Below, one piece after another: positions 45,801 to 60,271 of a DNA stretch of 64,000 nucleotides (within the stretch, counting starts at the first letter, position 1; every line of letters begins with the position of its first letter). Made by a program: the position numbers and the translations under genes. The stretch comes from Vicinamibacteria bacterium (lineage in GTDB: Bacteria > Acidobacteriota > Vicinamibacteria > Marinacidobacterales > Marinacidobacteraceae): NCBI GenBank assembly GCA_963422395.1, contig OY729431.1:44449-108448 (forward strand), read 5' to 3'. The notes under the pieces were generated by a model. It saw only the letters and a list, made by a program, of their open reading frames with translations, was not told the origin of the DNA and searched no databases.

Positions 45801-47255
45801 GTGGTACTGCCGCTCGCCCTGCAGCACGAACCCCTCGAACGACTCGATGTTCCGGCGCAGGCTCTCCACCACCCCGACCAGCGGCCCGAGGGGTTCTTCC
45901 TCCGCACGGCGCAGAATTTCCGAGAGCCCGGTCGTCGAGCGCCGCATCCACGGCAGGGTGTACTTCTCGAAACGGTCGGCTCGCACCGACTGCGTCTCCA
46001 TCCGCCCGAGCGCCTCGTTCCAGAGCTTCATCCCGGTCGGCTTGTCGCGGAAGTGCCGGCGCTTGTAGATCCCCACCAGGTCCACCAACCGTCCTACCCG
46101 CACCGGATTCCGATCGCCTCCCGCCACCTGATAGACCAACCGCGGCTCGGAGACGATGGTCTCGGCCGCGACGGCGAGGGTGGCCGAAGCGACCATGTCC
46201 ACCGGAACCACATCGAGGATCACCTCCGGGTCCACCGGGAACAGGTTCTGACCTCGGAGCGCCATCCGCACCAGCGGCGCGCTGGTGGTGAATCCTTCGT
46301 TCCAGCCGGGATGAGGAAACGAAATCGCGCTCTCCACGACCGCAGGCCGGACGATGGCACGCGCCATGCCCTCTTCGCGGGCGACGAGCTGGTCGCCGAG
46401 GCTCTTCGTATAGGTGTAGATGTTGGGCCAGCCCCATCCCTGGGCCTTCTCGATTCCGAGGTCGCGGAGGCGGCTGCGGATCCACTCCTTCCGCTCGCGG
46501 GCGATGGCGAGCGAAAGCTGGCGCTCGTCGTCGGGATCGCGGCCCTCGGCAGTGAAGCGCCGCCGCGCCGCCTCTCGGAACCCGTCCACCCGCGATTTGT
46601 CCTCGGCCTCGTCGCGGACCCGCGCCGCCAGCCGGTCGCAGTCTTCGATCTCCCGATCCACTCGGAATTCCTGATCCTCGCGGCCGCGGCGCGGGAAGTA
46701 GCCGAGGAGCGGTTCGTCCTCGCGGATCTCTCCCGAGCGGTTCCCGGCGACGAAACAGGTGCTGATGTGCACGAGCGCCGGGCGCCGCATCCGGCGGGCG
46801 AAGGCGATGGTGTTCCGGGTGCCGTACACATTCGTGGCGATGGCGGCTTCGAGGGGCGGATTGAAGGTCACCCGGCCGGAACAGTTGAGAACGAGGTCGA
46901 TATCCGCGGCCACCCGCGCCGCCAGCTCTTCGCGATAGCCGAGGTCGTCGCTCGTGATGTCGCCGCCGAGCACGACGATCTTCTCCTCGAGGAACGCGTC
47001 GAGGCAGCCCCCGTGACGCTCCCGGAGCGGCCCGAAGGCCGGAGAGTTCTCCATCAGATCGTCGAAGCGGGCGCGGCTCTCCGCCTCGCCGGCGGCGCGG
47101 ACCATCAGGTACACCCGGCGGATGTCGGGGAAATGTTCCAGCAGCATCCCGAGACAGACCTTGCCCAGAAAACCAGTGCCGCCGAGCAGGAGGATTCCTC
47201 GCCCGGCGAACGCCTCGTCGAGGGGAATCCGCGGCCGCGGCGCCTCGCTAGCCAC
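42804..47255 (-). CDS. four-domain lipid biosynthesis enzyme: fatty-acyl reductase (NAD_binding_4/FAR) - fatty-acyl-AMP/CoA ligase - acyl carrier protein - 1-acyl-glycerol-3-phosphate acyltransferase (PlsC); ElbD-like
   Basis: FAR domain: [33 protein letters not shown]...[12 protein letters not shown]. Adenylation domain: [60 protein letters not shown]. Carrier: [19 protein letters not shown]. PlsC: [12 protein letters not shown]...[10 protein letters not shown]. The start is taken at GTG 47255, 5 nt after the upstream stop; the ORF itself extends to 47975 as R-rich junk. Confidence 0.75.
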   Translation of the reverse strand: [1483 protein letters not shown]

Positions 47256-47260
47256 CGGAA

Positions 47261-48859
47261 TCAGAAGACCTCGGGAATCATGATCGGCGGCACATGGAGC
47301 ATGGTGATCTCCGCTGCCGGACCGAGCCCGCTCCGGGCCATGGAGATCGCCTCGGTGACCGTCTCGGCCGACTCCCATCCCAGGATCTCGGGCACATGCT
47401 GGTTCTTCGCGCCGGCCACGATGATCCGGCCCGCATGCTGTCTCCCGTTCTCTCCCCAGTACCACATGAAGAACGGATGGGCTCCGTGGTACGCGTTGCC
47501 GTCCCGGTACATCTGGACATAGGAAGGATTCGCCGCGAACTCTTCCTCGTACTTCGTCCGCAGCACGAACGGATCGCGGCTCTCGGGGAGCAGCCGGTGG
47601 AAGAACTCGATGTAGCTCGGGTGGAAGCGCGCGTCGAACTCGTCCCGACAGGGATGCGCGAGAACCAGCGTGCCGCCCTTCCGCAGAAGCGGCTTGCCCC
47701 GATACAGGTTGAACAGGTAGCCGGGCCCCATCACCTGCACCAGCAGCGGGTTCAGGATCGAGTTCACATTGTAGGGAGAGATGTAGGGGATCCCGCAGAG
47801 CAGGATGTCGCACTGCCCCTTCACCGGGACCGAGTACTGTTCGAAGGAGCGCTTCAGAGTGCGTTCGTGGACGGGTTCGGTGCGGCCCGCGTAACAGCCG
47901 ATCAGCTCGAAGGCGCCGGGGATCCGGTGGAGGAATTTGCGCTTGGCGGCACCCGGCAGCCGGCCGAGCGACCACCGCGTCGCAGACATCTTGATCCGGT
48001 CGAGTTCGCTGAACTCGTCCTCGTTCCGGGCGAGGAAAGAGAGCGGATCGGCGTACATGCGGTTGTTGAGGACGGTCTCCACATGGAACACCTTCAGGTG
48101 CTGGTCCACGATCTTGCCCATCCGGTCCACCTTGTGGCTCAGCGCGGAACGGGCGGGGTCCATGTACCCGTCGGAGTCGCGGATCGTCTGCGGCTCATGG
48201 TGGGGCCGGAGGCTCTGGTAGTCGCAAAGACCCACGGTCACCGACTTGTGGCCGCCGTCCATAGGTACGAGGTTGATGTTCAGGTAGATGACGAGGTCGC
48301 TTTCCGCCGCCCGGCGGTTCACTCGGACCGGCTCCTGGTGGCGGGTCTCCCCGAGCGCCACGATTCCGTGGGGGTCTTCGGCGTCGTGGTTGTAATAGCG
48401 CGCGGGGTAGAACGCCCGGTGGATTTCGGCGCCGACCATGCGCCGCATCTCCGGCTCGGTCATCTTCCGGTGGAGAGAGTTCGCGATCACGAGGTGGACA
48501 TCGTCCACTCCGTGGTCGCCGAGCATCTCCAGCACCACCTCGAGGGCGGTCTGCCGGATGTCGGGAGTCGCCATGGGGGGGAGCGGCAGGCTGATGTCGT
48601 CGAGGGCGATGGTCACCCGCATCCCGGAGCGCAGCTGGGCGTGGAGCGGATCACAGCCGAACGGATGGTTCAGCGCGTGCCGGATCGCACCGCGCGGGTT
48701 CGGCAGGCCCCGGATCGGCGGGGGGGGATAGATCACTCGGGTGCCGACCGGGAGGTGTTCTTCGAGAAAGTCTTCCCCGAAGTGCAGGACCCTCGCCGCC
48801 GAATCCTTCTCGATGAAGACGATGTCGGGATCGGTCTTGTAGCGTAGGGAGGGAGTCAT
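47261..48859 (-). CDS. LarA-like (lactate racemase N-terminal domain / DUF2088) protein
   Basis: [38 protein letters not shown]...[26 protein letters not shown] follows the LarA_N pattern (AIxxAL.nPiGs.pL..l...k.v.iv.sDiTRP...IatGtHR.mteeE). The ATG at 48859 overlaps the upstream stop (ATGA). Confidence 0.55.
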   Translation of the reverse strand: MTPSLRYKTDPDIVFIEKDSAARVLHFGEDFLEEHLPVGTRVIYPPPPIRGLPNPRGAIRHALNHPFGCDPLHAQLRSGMRVTIALDDISLPLPPMATPDIRQTALEVVLEMLGDHGVDDVHLVIANSLHRKMTEPEMRRMVGAEIHRAFYPARYYNHDAEDPHGIVALGETRHQEPVRVNRRAAESDLVIYLNINLVPMDGGHKSVTVGLCDYQSLRPHHEPQTIRDSDGYMDPARSALSHKVDRMGKIVDQHLKVFHVETVLNNRMYADPLSFLARNEDEFSELDRIKMSATRWSLGRLPGAAKRKFLHRIPGAFELIGCYAGRTEPVHERTLKRSFEQYSVPVKGQCDILLCGIPYISPYNVNSILNPLLVQVMGPGYLFNLYRGKPLLRKGGTLVLAHPCRDEFDARFHPSYIEFFHRLLPESRDPFVLRTKYEEEFAANPSYVQMYRDGNAYHGAHPFFMWYWGENGRQHAGRIIVAGAKNQHVPEILGWESAETVTEAISMARSGLGPAAEITMLHVPPIMIPEVF

Positions 48860-49611
48860 CCGGGGAGTTCCTTCGGTAAAGGCGGCCGAGCCGCCGGCGA
48901 GGGGGCCTGCCGGTCGAGGCCCCGGCTCAGATCGATGACCGGCCAGTCGTTGCGCCGGGCAGTGCTCTTGAGGCGGAGCTCGGGATTCGCGGCGGTCGGA
49001 TGACCGACGACGCTGAGCATGGGGAGATCCGACATGCTGTCGGCATAGGCATAACTGTCGTTCAGGGACAGCCCTTCGCGCTCGGCGTACTCCCGGATCC
49101 AGAGTGCCTTGCTCGCGCTGGCCAGCACCGGGGGAGACAGCCGCCCCGTCGCCCGCCCCTCGACGAATTCCAGCCGGTTCGCGGCGTACTCGGTGATCCC
49201 GAGTTCTTCGAGAAGGGGGCGGATGGACACCTCCAGGGCGCCGGTGACCACCACTTGGCGCAGGCCGCTCCGCCGGGACTGCTCGATGAGCGCCCGGGTT
49301 CCCGGAAAGATCCCCGGACGGATCACCGTCCGATGCAGCTCGTCGGCGAGAAAGCGAAGCCGGTCGTACGACTGGCCACGGTACCACTTGAAGAAGAGGT
49401 CGTTGAACAGCTTCCGATTGTAGAAGTCCGTCGCCAGAAAGAGCGGAATCCCGGCCACGGTGGCCGCCATCGACTGGAAGCTGCGGAAGAGGCCCTGGTC
49501 GTTCCGGGCGTAATACCCCAGGACATGGACGAGATTCGTGCGGATCAGCGTTCCGTCGAGATCGTAGAACGCCGCCGCCTTTCGGCCGGCAGCGGGTTCA
49601 TCCGGGGCCAT
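48856..49611 (-). CDS. HAD-superfamily hydrolase, subfamily IB (phosphoserine-phosphatase-like)
   Basis: [14 protein letters not shown] is the DxDGT motif I; VVVTGALE and [11 protein letters not shown] are motifs II-IV. The ATG is at 49611. Confidence 0.6.
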   Translation of the reverse strand: MAPDEPAAGRKAAAFYDLDGTLIRTNLVHVLGYYARNDQGLFRSFQSMAATVAGIPLFLATDFYNRKLFNDLFFKWYRGQSYDRLRFLADELHRTVIRPGIFPGTRALIEQSRRSGLRQVVVTGALEVSIRPLLEELGITEYAANRLEFVEGRATGRLSPPVLASASKALWIREYAEREGLSLNDSYAYADSMSDLPMLSVVGHPTAANPELRLKSTARRNDWPVIDLSRGLDRQAPSPAARPPLPKELPG

Positions 49612-49786
49612 CCGGTGATTATCCCCGCTGGACGGCGGGGACCGGGGTCCGGCGCGGCGGGGACGGCCTCCCCCGGCGATGCCGGGGTCCGGCGGCGCGC
49701 TTCCTGATCTACCATCCACGCCTCCCCGGCGGCCGAATCGGAGAGACCCTCCCGGACTCCAGGCGCCAGCAGCGAACCATCCCTCC

Positions 49787-50842
49787 GTGATCCAGCCACC
49801 GCTCCCCGCCGCCGCCGCGGTCCGCCGGGTCGCGATCACCTCGGTCGGGGCCGCACTCCCCGACCGGGTCCTCTCGAACGCCGACTTCGAACGGATGGTG
49901 GACACCTCGGACCGCTGGATCGTCGATCGCACCGGCATCCACGAGCGGCGGGTGGTGGAGAGCGGGACCGGCTGCTCCTTCCTCGCCGCGCGCGCCGCCC
50001 GGGACGCGCTTGCCCGGCGCGGCATCGAGGCGGACGACCTGGATCTGATCGTAGTGGCCACCGTGACCCCGGACATGAGCTTTCCGGCGACCGCGTGTCT
50101 GGTCCAGGACGAAATCGGTGCCCGGAACGCCTGGGGCTTCGACCTGTCGGCGGCCTGCAGCGGCTTCAACTTCGCGCTCGCCACCGCCACCCAGTTCGTC
50201 GCGAGCGGCGCCGCCGACAAGGTGATGGTGATCGGCGCCGATGTGATGAGTTCCATCACCGACTACGAGGACCGCACCACCTGCATTCTCTTCGGCGACG
50301 CCGCCGGTGCGGTGCTGCTCGAAGCCGCCGCCGGCGATGAGGGAATTCTCGGTTTTCGGAATCTGGTGGACGGCTCCGGGCGGGATCTGCTCAACATGCC
50401 CGCCGGGGGGAGTCTGCGGCCGCCGTCGCACGAGACGGTGGACCGACGGGAGCATTTCGTCAGACAGCAGGGGCAGGCGGTCTTCCGCTTCGCCGTGCGG
50501 AGCTCCACCGACGCGGCGGTGGATTTGCTGGCCGAGCTCGGAATTCCGCGTGAAGAGGTCGCCTTCCTGATCTGCCACCAGGCGAACGCCCGGATCATCG
50601 ACGCGATCGCCAAACGGCTCCGGATGCCTCCCGAGCGGGTGGTGAAGACGATCCACAAGTACGGCAACACCACCGCAGCCTCCATCCCCACCGCGCTGCG
50701 CGACGCTCTCGACCGCTCGCTCGTCGCGCCCGGCGATGTGCTGCTGTTCAGTTCCGTGGGAGCCGGGCTGACGGTGGGCACTGCCGTGGTCCGTTGGGGA
50801 GGGGAGCGGCTCGCCCGACCGGCGGAGGCCGACTCCGCCTGA
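49787..50842 (+). CDS. fabH: 3-oxoacyl-[ACP] synthase III
   Basis: [43 protein letters not shown]; active-site Cys in DLSAACSGF; HQAN; GNTTAASIP. The start is GTG 49787 or ATG 49679. Confidence 0.7.
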   Translation: MIQPPLPAAAAVRRVAITSVGAALPDRVLSNADFERMVDTSDRWIVDRTGIHERRVVESGTGCSFLAARAARDALARRGIEADDLDLIVVATVTPDMSFPATACLVQDEIGARNAWGFDLSAACSGFNFALATATQFVASGAADKVMVIGADVMSSITDYEDRTTCILFGDAAGAVLLEAAAGDEGILGFRNLVDGSGRDLLNMPAGGSLRPPSHETVDRREHFVRQQGQAVFRFAVRSSTDAAVDLLAELGIPREEVAFLICHQANARIIDAIAKRLRMPPERVVKTIHKYGNTTAASIPTALRDALDRSLVAPGDVLLFSSVGAGLTVGTAVVRWGGERLARPAEADSA

Positions 50843-50895
50843 CGGCCCTGACCGAAACGGTCCCGACCGGCGGGCCGCGGGGCGGCGACCCGACG

Positions 50896-53007
<2,112 letters not shown>

Positions 53008-53043
53008 GACGCCGCCGGCTTCCCTCCCGCCCGCCGGCTGTGG

Positions 53044-53502
53044 TCAGCTGCCGTCGTCGTCGTCCGTGTCCCCGCCCTCCCGCAGGTGGCGGACGAGATA
53101 GAACACGGACACGAGTTCGAGGCCGACCCCGGCGCCGAGCAGCCACTTCGTCGGGGTGTCCAAGCCCAGTCGATTGCCGTCCGCGTCATAGCACTTGTTG
53201 TAGCCGCTGATCGCTACTCCGCCGACCTTCTGGGGGTCACCGGGTCCGGTTTCTCGGCACGGCAACCAGCGCCAGAGGCCGGCCCCGACGAAGGCCATGG
53301 CACCGCTCAGCGCGAAGGCGATCGCGCTGCGCCGGGCGTCGTCCTCACGGAGGATCCCGGTGGTGATCGTGCTCGTGTTCTGGACGGAATACGCCCCGCT
53401 GGCAGCAGCAACTCCGACGGCCTCCAGGAGCGACTGGGGATGAGCGTAGAGGGGAGCCCCGCCCAAGCTGAAGACCAGGAGAAATGCGGCGAACTTCCTC
53501 AT
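53044..53502 (-). CDS. small exported/membrane protein
   Basis: The ATG at 53502 gives the signal peptide MRKFAAFLLVFSLGGAPLYAHP. There is a C-terminal TM helix and an acidic tail DTDDDDGS. Confidence 0.35.
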   Translation of the reverse strand: MRKFAAFLLVFSLGGAPLYAHPQSLLEAVGVAAASGAYSVQNTSTITTGILREDDARRSAIAFALSGAMAFVGAGLWRWLPCRETGPGDPQKVGGVAISGYNKCYDADGNRLGLDTPTKWLLGAGVGLELVSVFYLVRHLREGGDTDDDDGS

Positions 53503-53515
53503 TCGAAAAGCCTTT

Positions 53516-54019
53516 TCAGTTGCGTACCCGGATGGATACGTTCCCGGCGACCACCGTCTCGCCGCTGCGCTGGAGCCGAAGCCAGACCCGATAGGTCCCG
53601 GGCAGCGAAAAACGGTGGCTCGAAGAGAAGAAGGTCTCGACTTCCGCACCTTCTTCGTAGGGGTCGCAGTCCGGCTCGTACACCGATTCGGTGTCGTCGT
53701 CCCAGTCCCAGACCTCTTCGAGACAGTAGTAGTCCTCGAGTTCTTCCGCGGTGTCGAGATCCTCGAGGCGCGCCGAAACCCGGACATCGAGCGAGGGGCG
53801 GCGCGCCTCTCCCGGCATCCGGGGACGAAGGAACAGCTGGCGGGGAGCCCTCAGGACCAGTTTCGGCTCCAGCCGCGGCAGAGTCGGCGCCGAGAAAGCG
53901 GAAGCCTCTTCCTCTCCGCTGGCGATCGGGGCCGCCGCAGGGTCGCCGGAGAAGCCGGCTGCCGGGCCGGCGAACAGGAACCCGACGAATAGAAGCCCCG
54001 CTGGCAGGAGGCGCCTCAC
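53516..54019 (-). CDS. exported hypothetical protein
   Basis: The GTG at 54019 gives VRRLLPAGLLFVGFLFAGPAAG (signal-like). An acidic DYYCLEEVWDWDDDTESVYEPDCDPYEEG region follows. Weak call. Confidence 0.3.
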   Translation of the reverse strand: MRRLLPAGLLFVGFLFAGPAAGFSGDPAAAPIASGEEEASAFSAPTLPRLEPKLVLRAPRQLFLRPRMPGEARRPSLDVRVSARLEDLDTAEELEDYYCLEEVWDWDDDTESVYEPDCDPYEEGAEVETFFSSSHRFSLPGTYRVWLRLQRSGETVVAGNVSIRVRN

Positions 54020-54143
54020 AGCGAAGGTGCGGGGAGAGAGAAAACCGGGAGGCGCACAGGAAGGCGATTCTATCGCCGCGCGGCGTCGTCGAAATTCAGG
54101 TGCCGGGCCGGGCTCAGCCGGGCCGAGTTCCGCTAGACCGGAT

Positions 54144-54599
54144 TCAGATGGGCTGGGCGGGCGCTTTCGCTTCGGCTTCCGCAACCCGAAGACGCGCCTC
54201 GGCGCGGGCGACCGCCTGCTGGGCGCGGTCCACATCGTAGGCTGCGCCGAACTCCTCGAGGCGCTCCCGCGCCCGGGTCAGAGCGCTCTCGGCGCGCGAG
54301 AGATCGATGTCCTGGGGCCGTTCGGCGGTCTCGGCGAGCACGATGACCGCGTCGTCGAAGACCTCCAAAAACCCCCAGTGGACGGCGAGGAAGTGGGCTT
54401 CCTCTCCCTGGCGGTACTGGAGCCGCCCGCTGCGTATCTGGCTCAGGAGCGGTGCGTGCCCGGGCAGAACGCCGAAATAGCCGAGCACTCCCGGGGCTTC
54501 CACATAGTCCACCTGGTCGCGGAAGACCACTCCGCCCGGAGTGATGACCTCGAGCCGGAGCCTTTTTTCGGCACGCACCACGGCAGCGTCGCCCTCCAC
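54144..54599 (-). CDS. atpC: F1 ATP synthase subunit epsilon
   Basis: LRLEVITPGGVVFRDQVDYVEAPGVLGYFGVLPGHAPLLS. The gene is 9 nt downstream of atpD. Confidence 0.8.
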   Translation of the reverse strand: MEGDAAVVRAEKRLRLEVITPGGVVFRDQVDYVEAPGVLGYFGVLPGHAPLLSQIRSGRLQYRQGEEAHFLAVHWGFLEVFDDAVIVLAETAERPQDIDLSRAESALTRARERLEEFGAAYDVDRAQQAVARAEARLRVAEAEAKAPAQPI

Positions 54600-54608
54600 G
54601 GAGCGGCC

Positions 54609-56962
<2,354 letters not shown>

Positions 56963-56987
56963 GAAGCGGGTCTATTCCTGTCTATTC

Positions 56988-57174
56988 CCTAGCAGCCTGT
57001 GGATGAAGTGGCGCGAGCCCAAAGAGCGGTGAGGCGCCCGGCTGGCAAGGCGCGTGAGGGAGGAATACCGAGTGTATTTCGACCGAAACGCAACGATGAG
57101 CGCCGTGAAACGGCGCGGTTCAGCCGGGATGCATCGCCGCTCGACGGCCGTGTGACTTTGTCCACAGGCTGCTA
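56988..57174 (+). mobile_element. MITE-B family element, copy 1 (~187 bp, 15-bp terminal inverted repeats CTAGCAGCCTGTGGA/TCCACAGGCTGCTAG, flanking TA)
   Basis: Near-identical copies are at 62607-62786 (reverse) and 63531-63729. It sits in the atpA-atpG intergenic space, and its terminal CTAG supplies the atpA TAG stop. Confidence 0.7.
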
Positions 57175-58692
57175 GGACGCGCGGGCGCGGAAGACCTCGC
57201 GCTCGAACTCGGAGATCGCCTCCCGGAGCGCTGCGGTGAGCGAATCGTCGAGTTTCTTCTCTTCGCGGATCCGCAGGAGCGTGCCCGGATGGCGGGCCGC
57301 GAGAAATTCGTGGAGTTCCGCCTCGAAGCCGCGGCAATCGCGCGGCGCGAGATCATCCAGGAATCCCTCGTTCGCGGCGAAGATGGCCGCCACCTGTTTC
57401 TCCACTGGCAGCGGCTGGTACTGGTCCTGTTTCAACACTTCGGTGAGGCGCTCTCCCTTCGCCAGTTGCGCCTGGGTGGCCTTGTCGAGATCCGAGCCGA
57501 ACTGGGCGAATGCCGCCATCTCCCGGTACTGAGCCAGCTGGAGGCGCATCGTGCCGGCCACTTGCCGCATGGCCCGGATCTGCGCCGAACCCCCGACTCG
57601 GCTCACCGAGTTGCCCACATTGATCGCCGGTCGGATTCCGGCGTTGAACAAGTCGCTTTCGAGATAGATCTGCCCGTCGGTGATCGAGATGACATTCGTG
57701 GGCACATAGGCCGAAAGGTCGCCGGCCTGGGTCTCGATGAAGGGGAAGGCGGTGAGAGAGCCGCCGCCCCGTTCGTCGGAAAGCTTGGACGCCCGCTCGA
57801 GCAGCCGCGAGTGGAGATAGAAGACATCCCCAGGGTAGGCCTCGCGCCCGGGGGGCCGCCGAAGCAGGAGCGAGATCTCCCGATAGGCGGCCGCGTGTTT
57901 CGAGAGGTCGTCGTAGATGCACAGCGCGTGGCCGCCGCGGTCCATGAAGTACTCGCCCATGGCGCAGCCGGAGTAGGGAGCGAGGTACTGGAGAGGTGCT
58001 GGCTCCGAAGCGGAGGCCGAGACCACGATCGTGTGGTCGAGAGCGCCATGGTCCTCGAGGGTGCGGACCACCTGCGCCACCGTGGAGAGCTTTTGTCCCA
58101 CGGCGACATAGACCGCGACCACGCCGGTGTCCCGCTGGTTGATGATCGCGTCCACGGCAATCGCCGTCTTGCCGGTCTGGCGGTCGCCGATGATGAGTTC
58201 ACGCTGCCCCCTGCCGATGGGGATCATGGCGTCCACCGCCTTCACCCCGGTCTGGAGCGGCTCCTTGACCGGCTGCCGGGCCACGATGCCCGGGGCGATC
58301 CGTTCCACCGGGTTCGCCTCGGAGGTCTCGATGGGGCCCTTGCCGTCGAGGGGCCGCCCGAGGGCGTCCACCACCCGGCCCTTCATCGCCTCGCCCACCG
58401 GCACCTGGAGGATCCGATGGGTGCGCCGCGCCGTGTCTCCCTCGCGGATACGGGCGACTTCGCCGAAGAGCACGAGTCCCACGGCGCTCTCTTCGAGGTT
58501 CAGCGCCAGCCCGAAGACCTCGTGGGGCAACTCCACGAGCTCCCCGTACATGACGCCTTCGAGGCCGTGCACTCGGGCGATCCCGTCTCCCGAAGAGACC
58601 ACGGTGCCGATCTCGGCGACATCCACCCCCGGCTGGTGGCCGGCGATCTGTTCCCGCAGCAAAGCGGCGATTTCATCGGCTCGAATGGTCAT
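57172..58692 (-). CDS. atpA: F1 ATP synthase subunit alpha
   Basis: P-loop GDRQTGKTA and the full alpha-subunit sequence. The ATG at 58692 gives [16 protein letters not shown]. Confidence 0.85.
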   Translation of the reverse strand: MTIRADEIAALLREQIAGHQPGVDVAEIGTVVSSGDGIARVHGLEGVMYGELVELPHEVFGLALNLEESAVGLVLFGEVARIREGDTARRTHRILQVPVGEAMKGRVVDALGRPLDGKGPIETSEANPVERIAPGIVARQPVKEPLQTGVKAVDAMIPIGRGQRELIIGDRQTGKTAIAVDAIINQRDTGVVAVYVAVGQKLSTVAQVVRTLEDHGALDHTIVVSASASEPAPLQYLAPYSGCAMGEYFMDRGGHALCIYDDLSKHAAAYREISLLLRRPPGREAYPGDVFYLHSRLLERASKLSDERGGGSLTAFPFIETQAGDLSAYVPTNVISITDGQIYLESDLFNAGIRPAINVGNSVSRVGGSAQIRAMRQVAGTMRLQLAQYREMAAFAQFGSDLDKATQAQLAKGERLTEVLKQDQYQPLPVEKQVAAIFAANEGFLDDLAPRDCRGFEAELHEFLAARHPGTLLRIREEKKLDDSLTAALREAISEFEREVFRARAS

Positions 58693-58723
58693 GGACTTAC
58701 CTGTAATTCGTTGACTTTGCTGT

Positions 58724-59275
58724 TTATTGAGGGACAAACCCGTATCGGCCAGAAAATCGGCGCAACTCGCCGCTGACGCTCGCGTCGTAGATCCGGTTCC
58801 CGGTGCGCACGAGCAAGCCGCCCAGCAGCGAAGGATCTCTGCGGAAGCGAAGCCGCGGCTTTCCCCCGAGCATCTCCGCGAGGGCGCCGCGGACTGCCAT
58901 GCGGCTTCGTTCGTCGAGTGGACGGGCGGAGACGACTTCCGCCTCGACGATTCCGCGGTGGTTGTCGAGGGCTTCGCGGAAGGCAGCGGCGGTCTGCGGC
59001 AGCTCGCGGCCGCGCTCGTGCTCCACCATCACCGCAGCGAAGCGGCCCAGCCTCGACCCCGGGGCCAGCCGGTCTCCGACTGCATTCGCCAGCCGGGCCC
59101 GGCGGGCGCGCGGAATCGCCGGCGAGACCAAGGCGGCGGCGAGGTCCGGGGAGCCCTGAAGCAGCTCCGCCAGCTGGTCGAGCGCCTCTGCCAGAACTTC
59201 CGATTCGTCCCCGGAGGAGACTGCGGTTTCGAGCAGCACCCGGGCGTAGTGCCGAGAGACTTCGCTCGACCGCAC
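58724..59275 (-). CDS. atpH: F1 ATP synthase subunit delta (OSCP)
   Basis: [15 protein letters not shown]...[20 protein letters not shown]. Confidence 0.75.
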   Translation of the reverse strand: MRSSEVSRHYARVLLETAVSSGDESEVLAEALDQLAELLQGSPDLAAALVSPAIPRARRARLANAVGDRLAPGSRLGRFAAVMVEHERGRELPQTAAAFREALDNHRGIVEAEVVSARPLDERSRMAVRGALAEMLGGKPRLRFRRDPSLLGGLLVRTGNRIYDASVSGELRRFSGRYGFVPQ

Positions 59276-59291
59276 GAAGACGCCTCCAGGT

Positions 59292-59846
59292 TCAGCTCGA
59301 TCGGATCGCGGCGATCCCGGCGTTCAGGAGCCGCTCGTGATCTTCGTCGGACAGAGAGTTCTCGACGCGCGAGCGTGCGAGCCGGGCCGCAAGCCGCGCA
59401 GCGTCGGCGGCCAGCCGGCGTTCGGCTCGGCGCACTTCCTGCTGGAGTTCCGCTTCGGCCGCCGCGGTGATCTTCCGGGCCTGCGTCTCGGCAGCGGCCA
59501 CGATGCGGCGGCCTTCTTCTGCAGCGGACTCGGCGATCCGCCGACGGGCCGCTTCCACTTCGTCGTCAAGCGATGCCGTGCGGCTCCTGGCCAGCTCCCG
59601 GGCACGCGCCGCCTCTTCCCGGTCGGCGCGGGCGTCGGCAAGCTGTTCCCGGATCTGCTGTGCCCGGGCCCCGAGCCAGGCGGCGAGCGGTTTCCGGAGC
59701 GCGAGAACCAGAATGGCGGCGAGGATCGTGAAATTGACGATCTTGGGAAGCTCGGATCCTCCGCCGGCCTCGGCAGCGCCCGCAAGCGTCGGCACCGCGA
59801 GGATCGATCCCCCGACGAGCGCCGAGCAGCCGAGCCGATGGATCAT
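59292..59846 (-). CDS. atpF: Fo ATP synthase subunit b
   Basis: N-terminal TM helix, then a long Ala/Arg/Glu coiled coil, located within the atp operon. Confidence 0.7.
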   Translation of the reverse strand: MIHRLGCSALVGGSILAVPTLAGAAEAGGGSELPKIVNFTILAAILVLALRKPLAAWLGARAQQIREQLADARADREEAARARELARSRTASLDDEVEAARRRIAESAAEEGRRIVAAAETQARKITAAAEAELQQEVRRAERRLAADAARLAARLARSRVENSLSDEDHERLLNAGIAAIRSS

Positions 59847-60271
59847 GAGGCGCGGCGCAATACCCGAGCAGCGAGTTCGGACGCGAGGCTCTCGGCGTCA
59901 GCTTCCAATTCGACAGCGGCGTGGGCGGATTCCTCGCGGAGCGAGCGCTTCCCTGCCTCGAGTGCTCTCGAAGCGCGTTCCCGGGATTCCGCCAGCGAAC
60001 GTTCGGCCCGCTCGCCGGCTTCCTGACGGACCCGGTCCATTTCCCGGTAACCGACCCGTCGGACTTCGGCGAGAGCTTCGGAAAGGCGAGCCTCGGTGCG
60101 GGCCGCTTCCGCCTCGGCGCCTTGCCGGCGCCGCCGGGCTTCGGCCCGATTTTCCTCCCGCGCCTCCATCGTGCGTGCGAGCGGCTCGAAAAATTGGGAT
60201 TTCAGCACCAGGACCAGCAGCACCACGAGCGCGGACACCACGAGCGCGGAGAGGTCGGGAATGATCGTCAC
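59843..60271 (-). CDS. Fo ATP synthase subunit b' (second b-type subunit)
   Basis: TM helix MTIIPDLSALVVSALVVLLVLVL plus a coiled coil. It overlaps the atpF start by 4 nt. Confidence 0.6.
   Translation of the reverse strand: MTIIPDLSALVVSALVVLLVLVLKSQFFEPLARTMEAREENRAEARRRRQGAEAEAARTEARLSEALAEVRRVGYREMDRVRQEAGERAERSLAESRERASRALEAGKRSLREESAHAAVELEADAESLASELAARVLRRAS

Noticed and set aside
54121-54141. CTAGACCGGA 10-mer shared with the flank of MITE-A copy at 9693-9702
   Set aside because: No further similarity on either side; most likely chance in GC-rich DNA.
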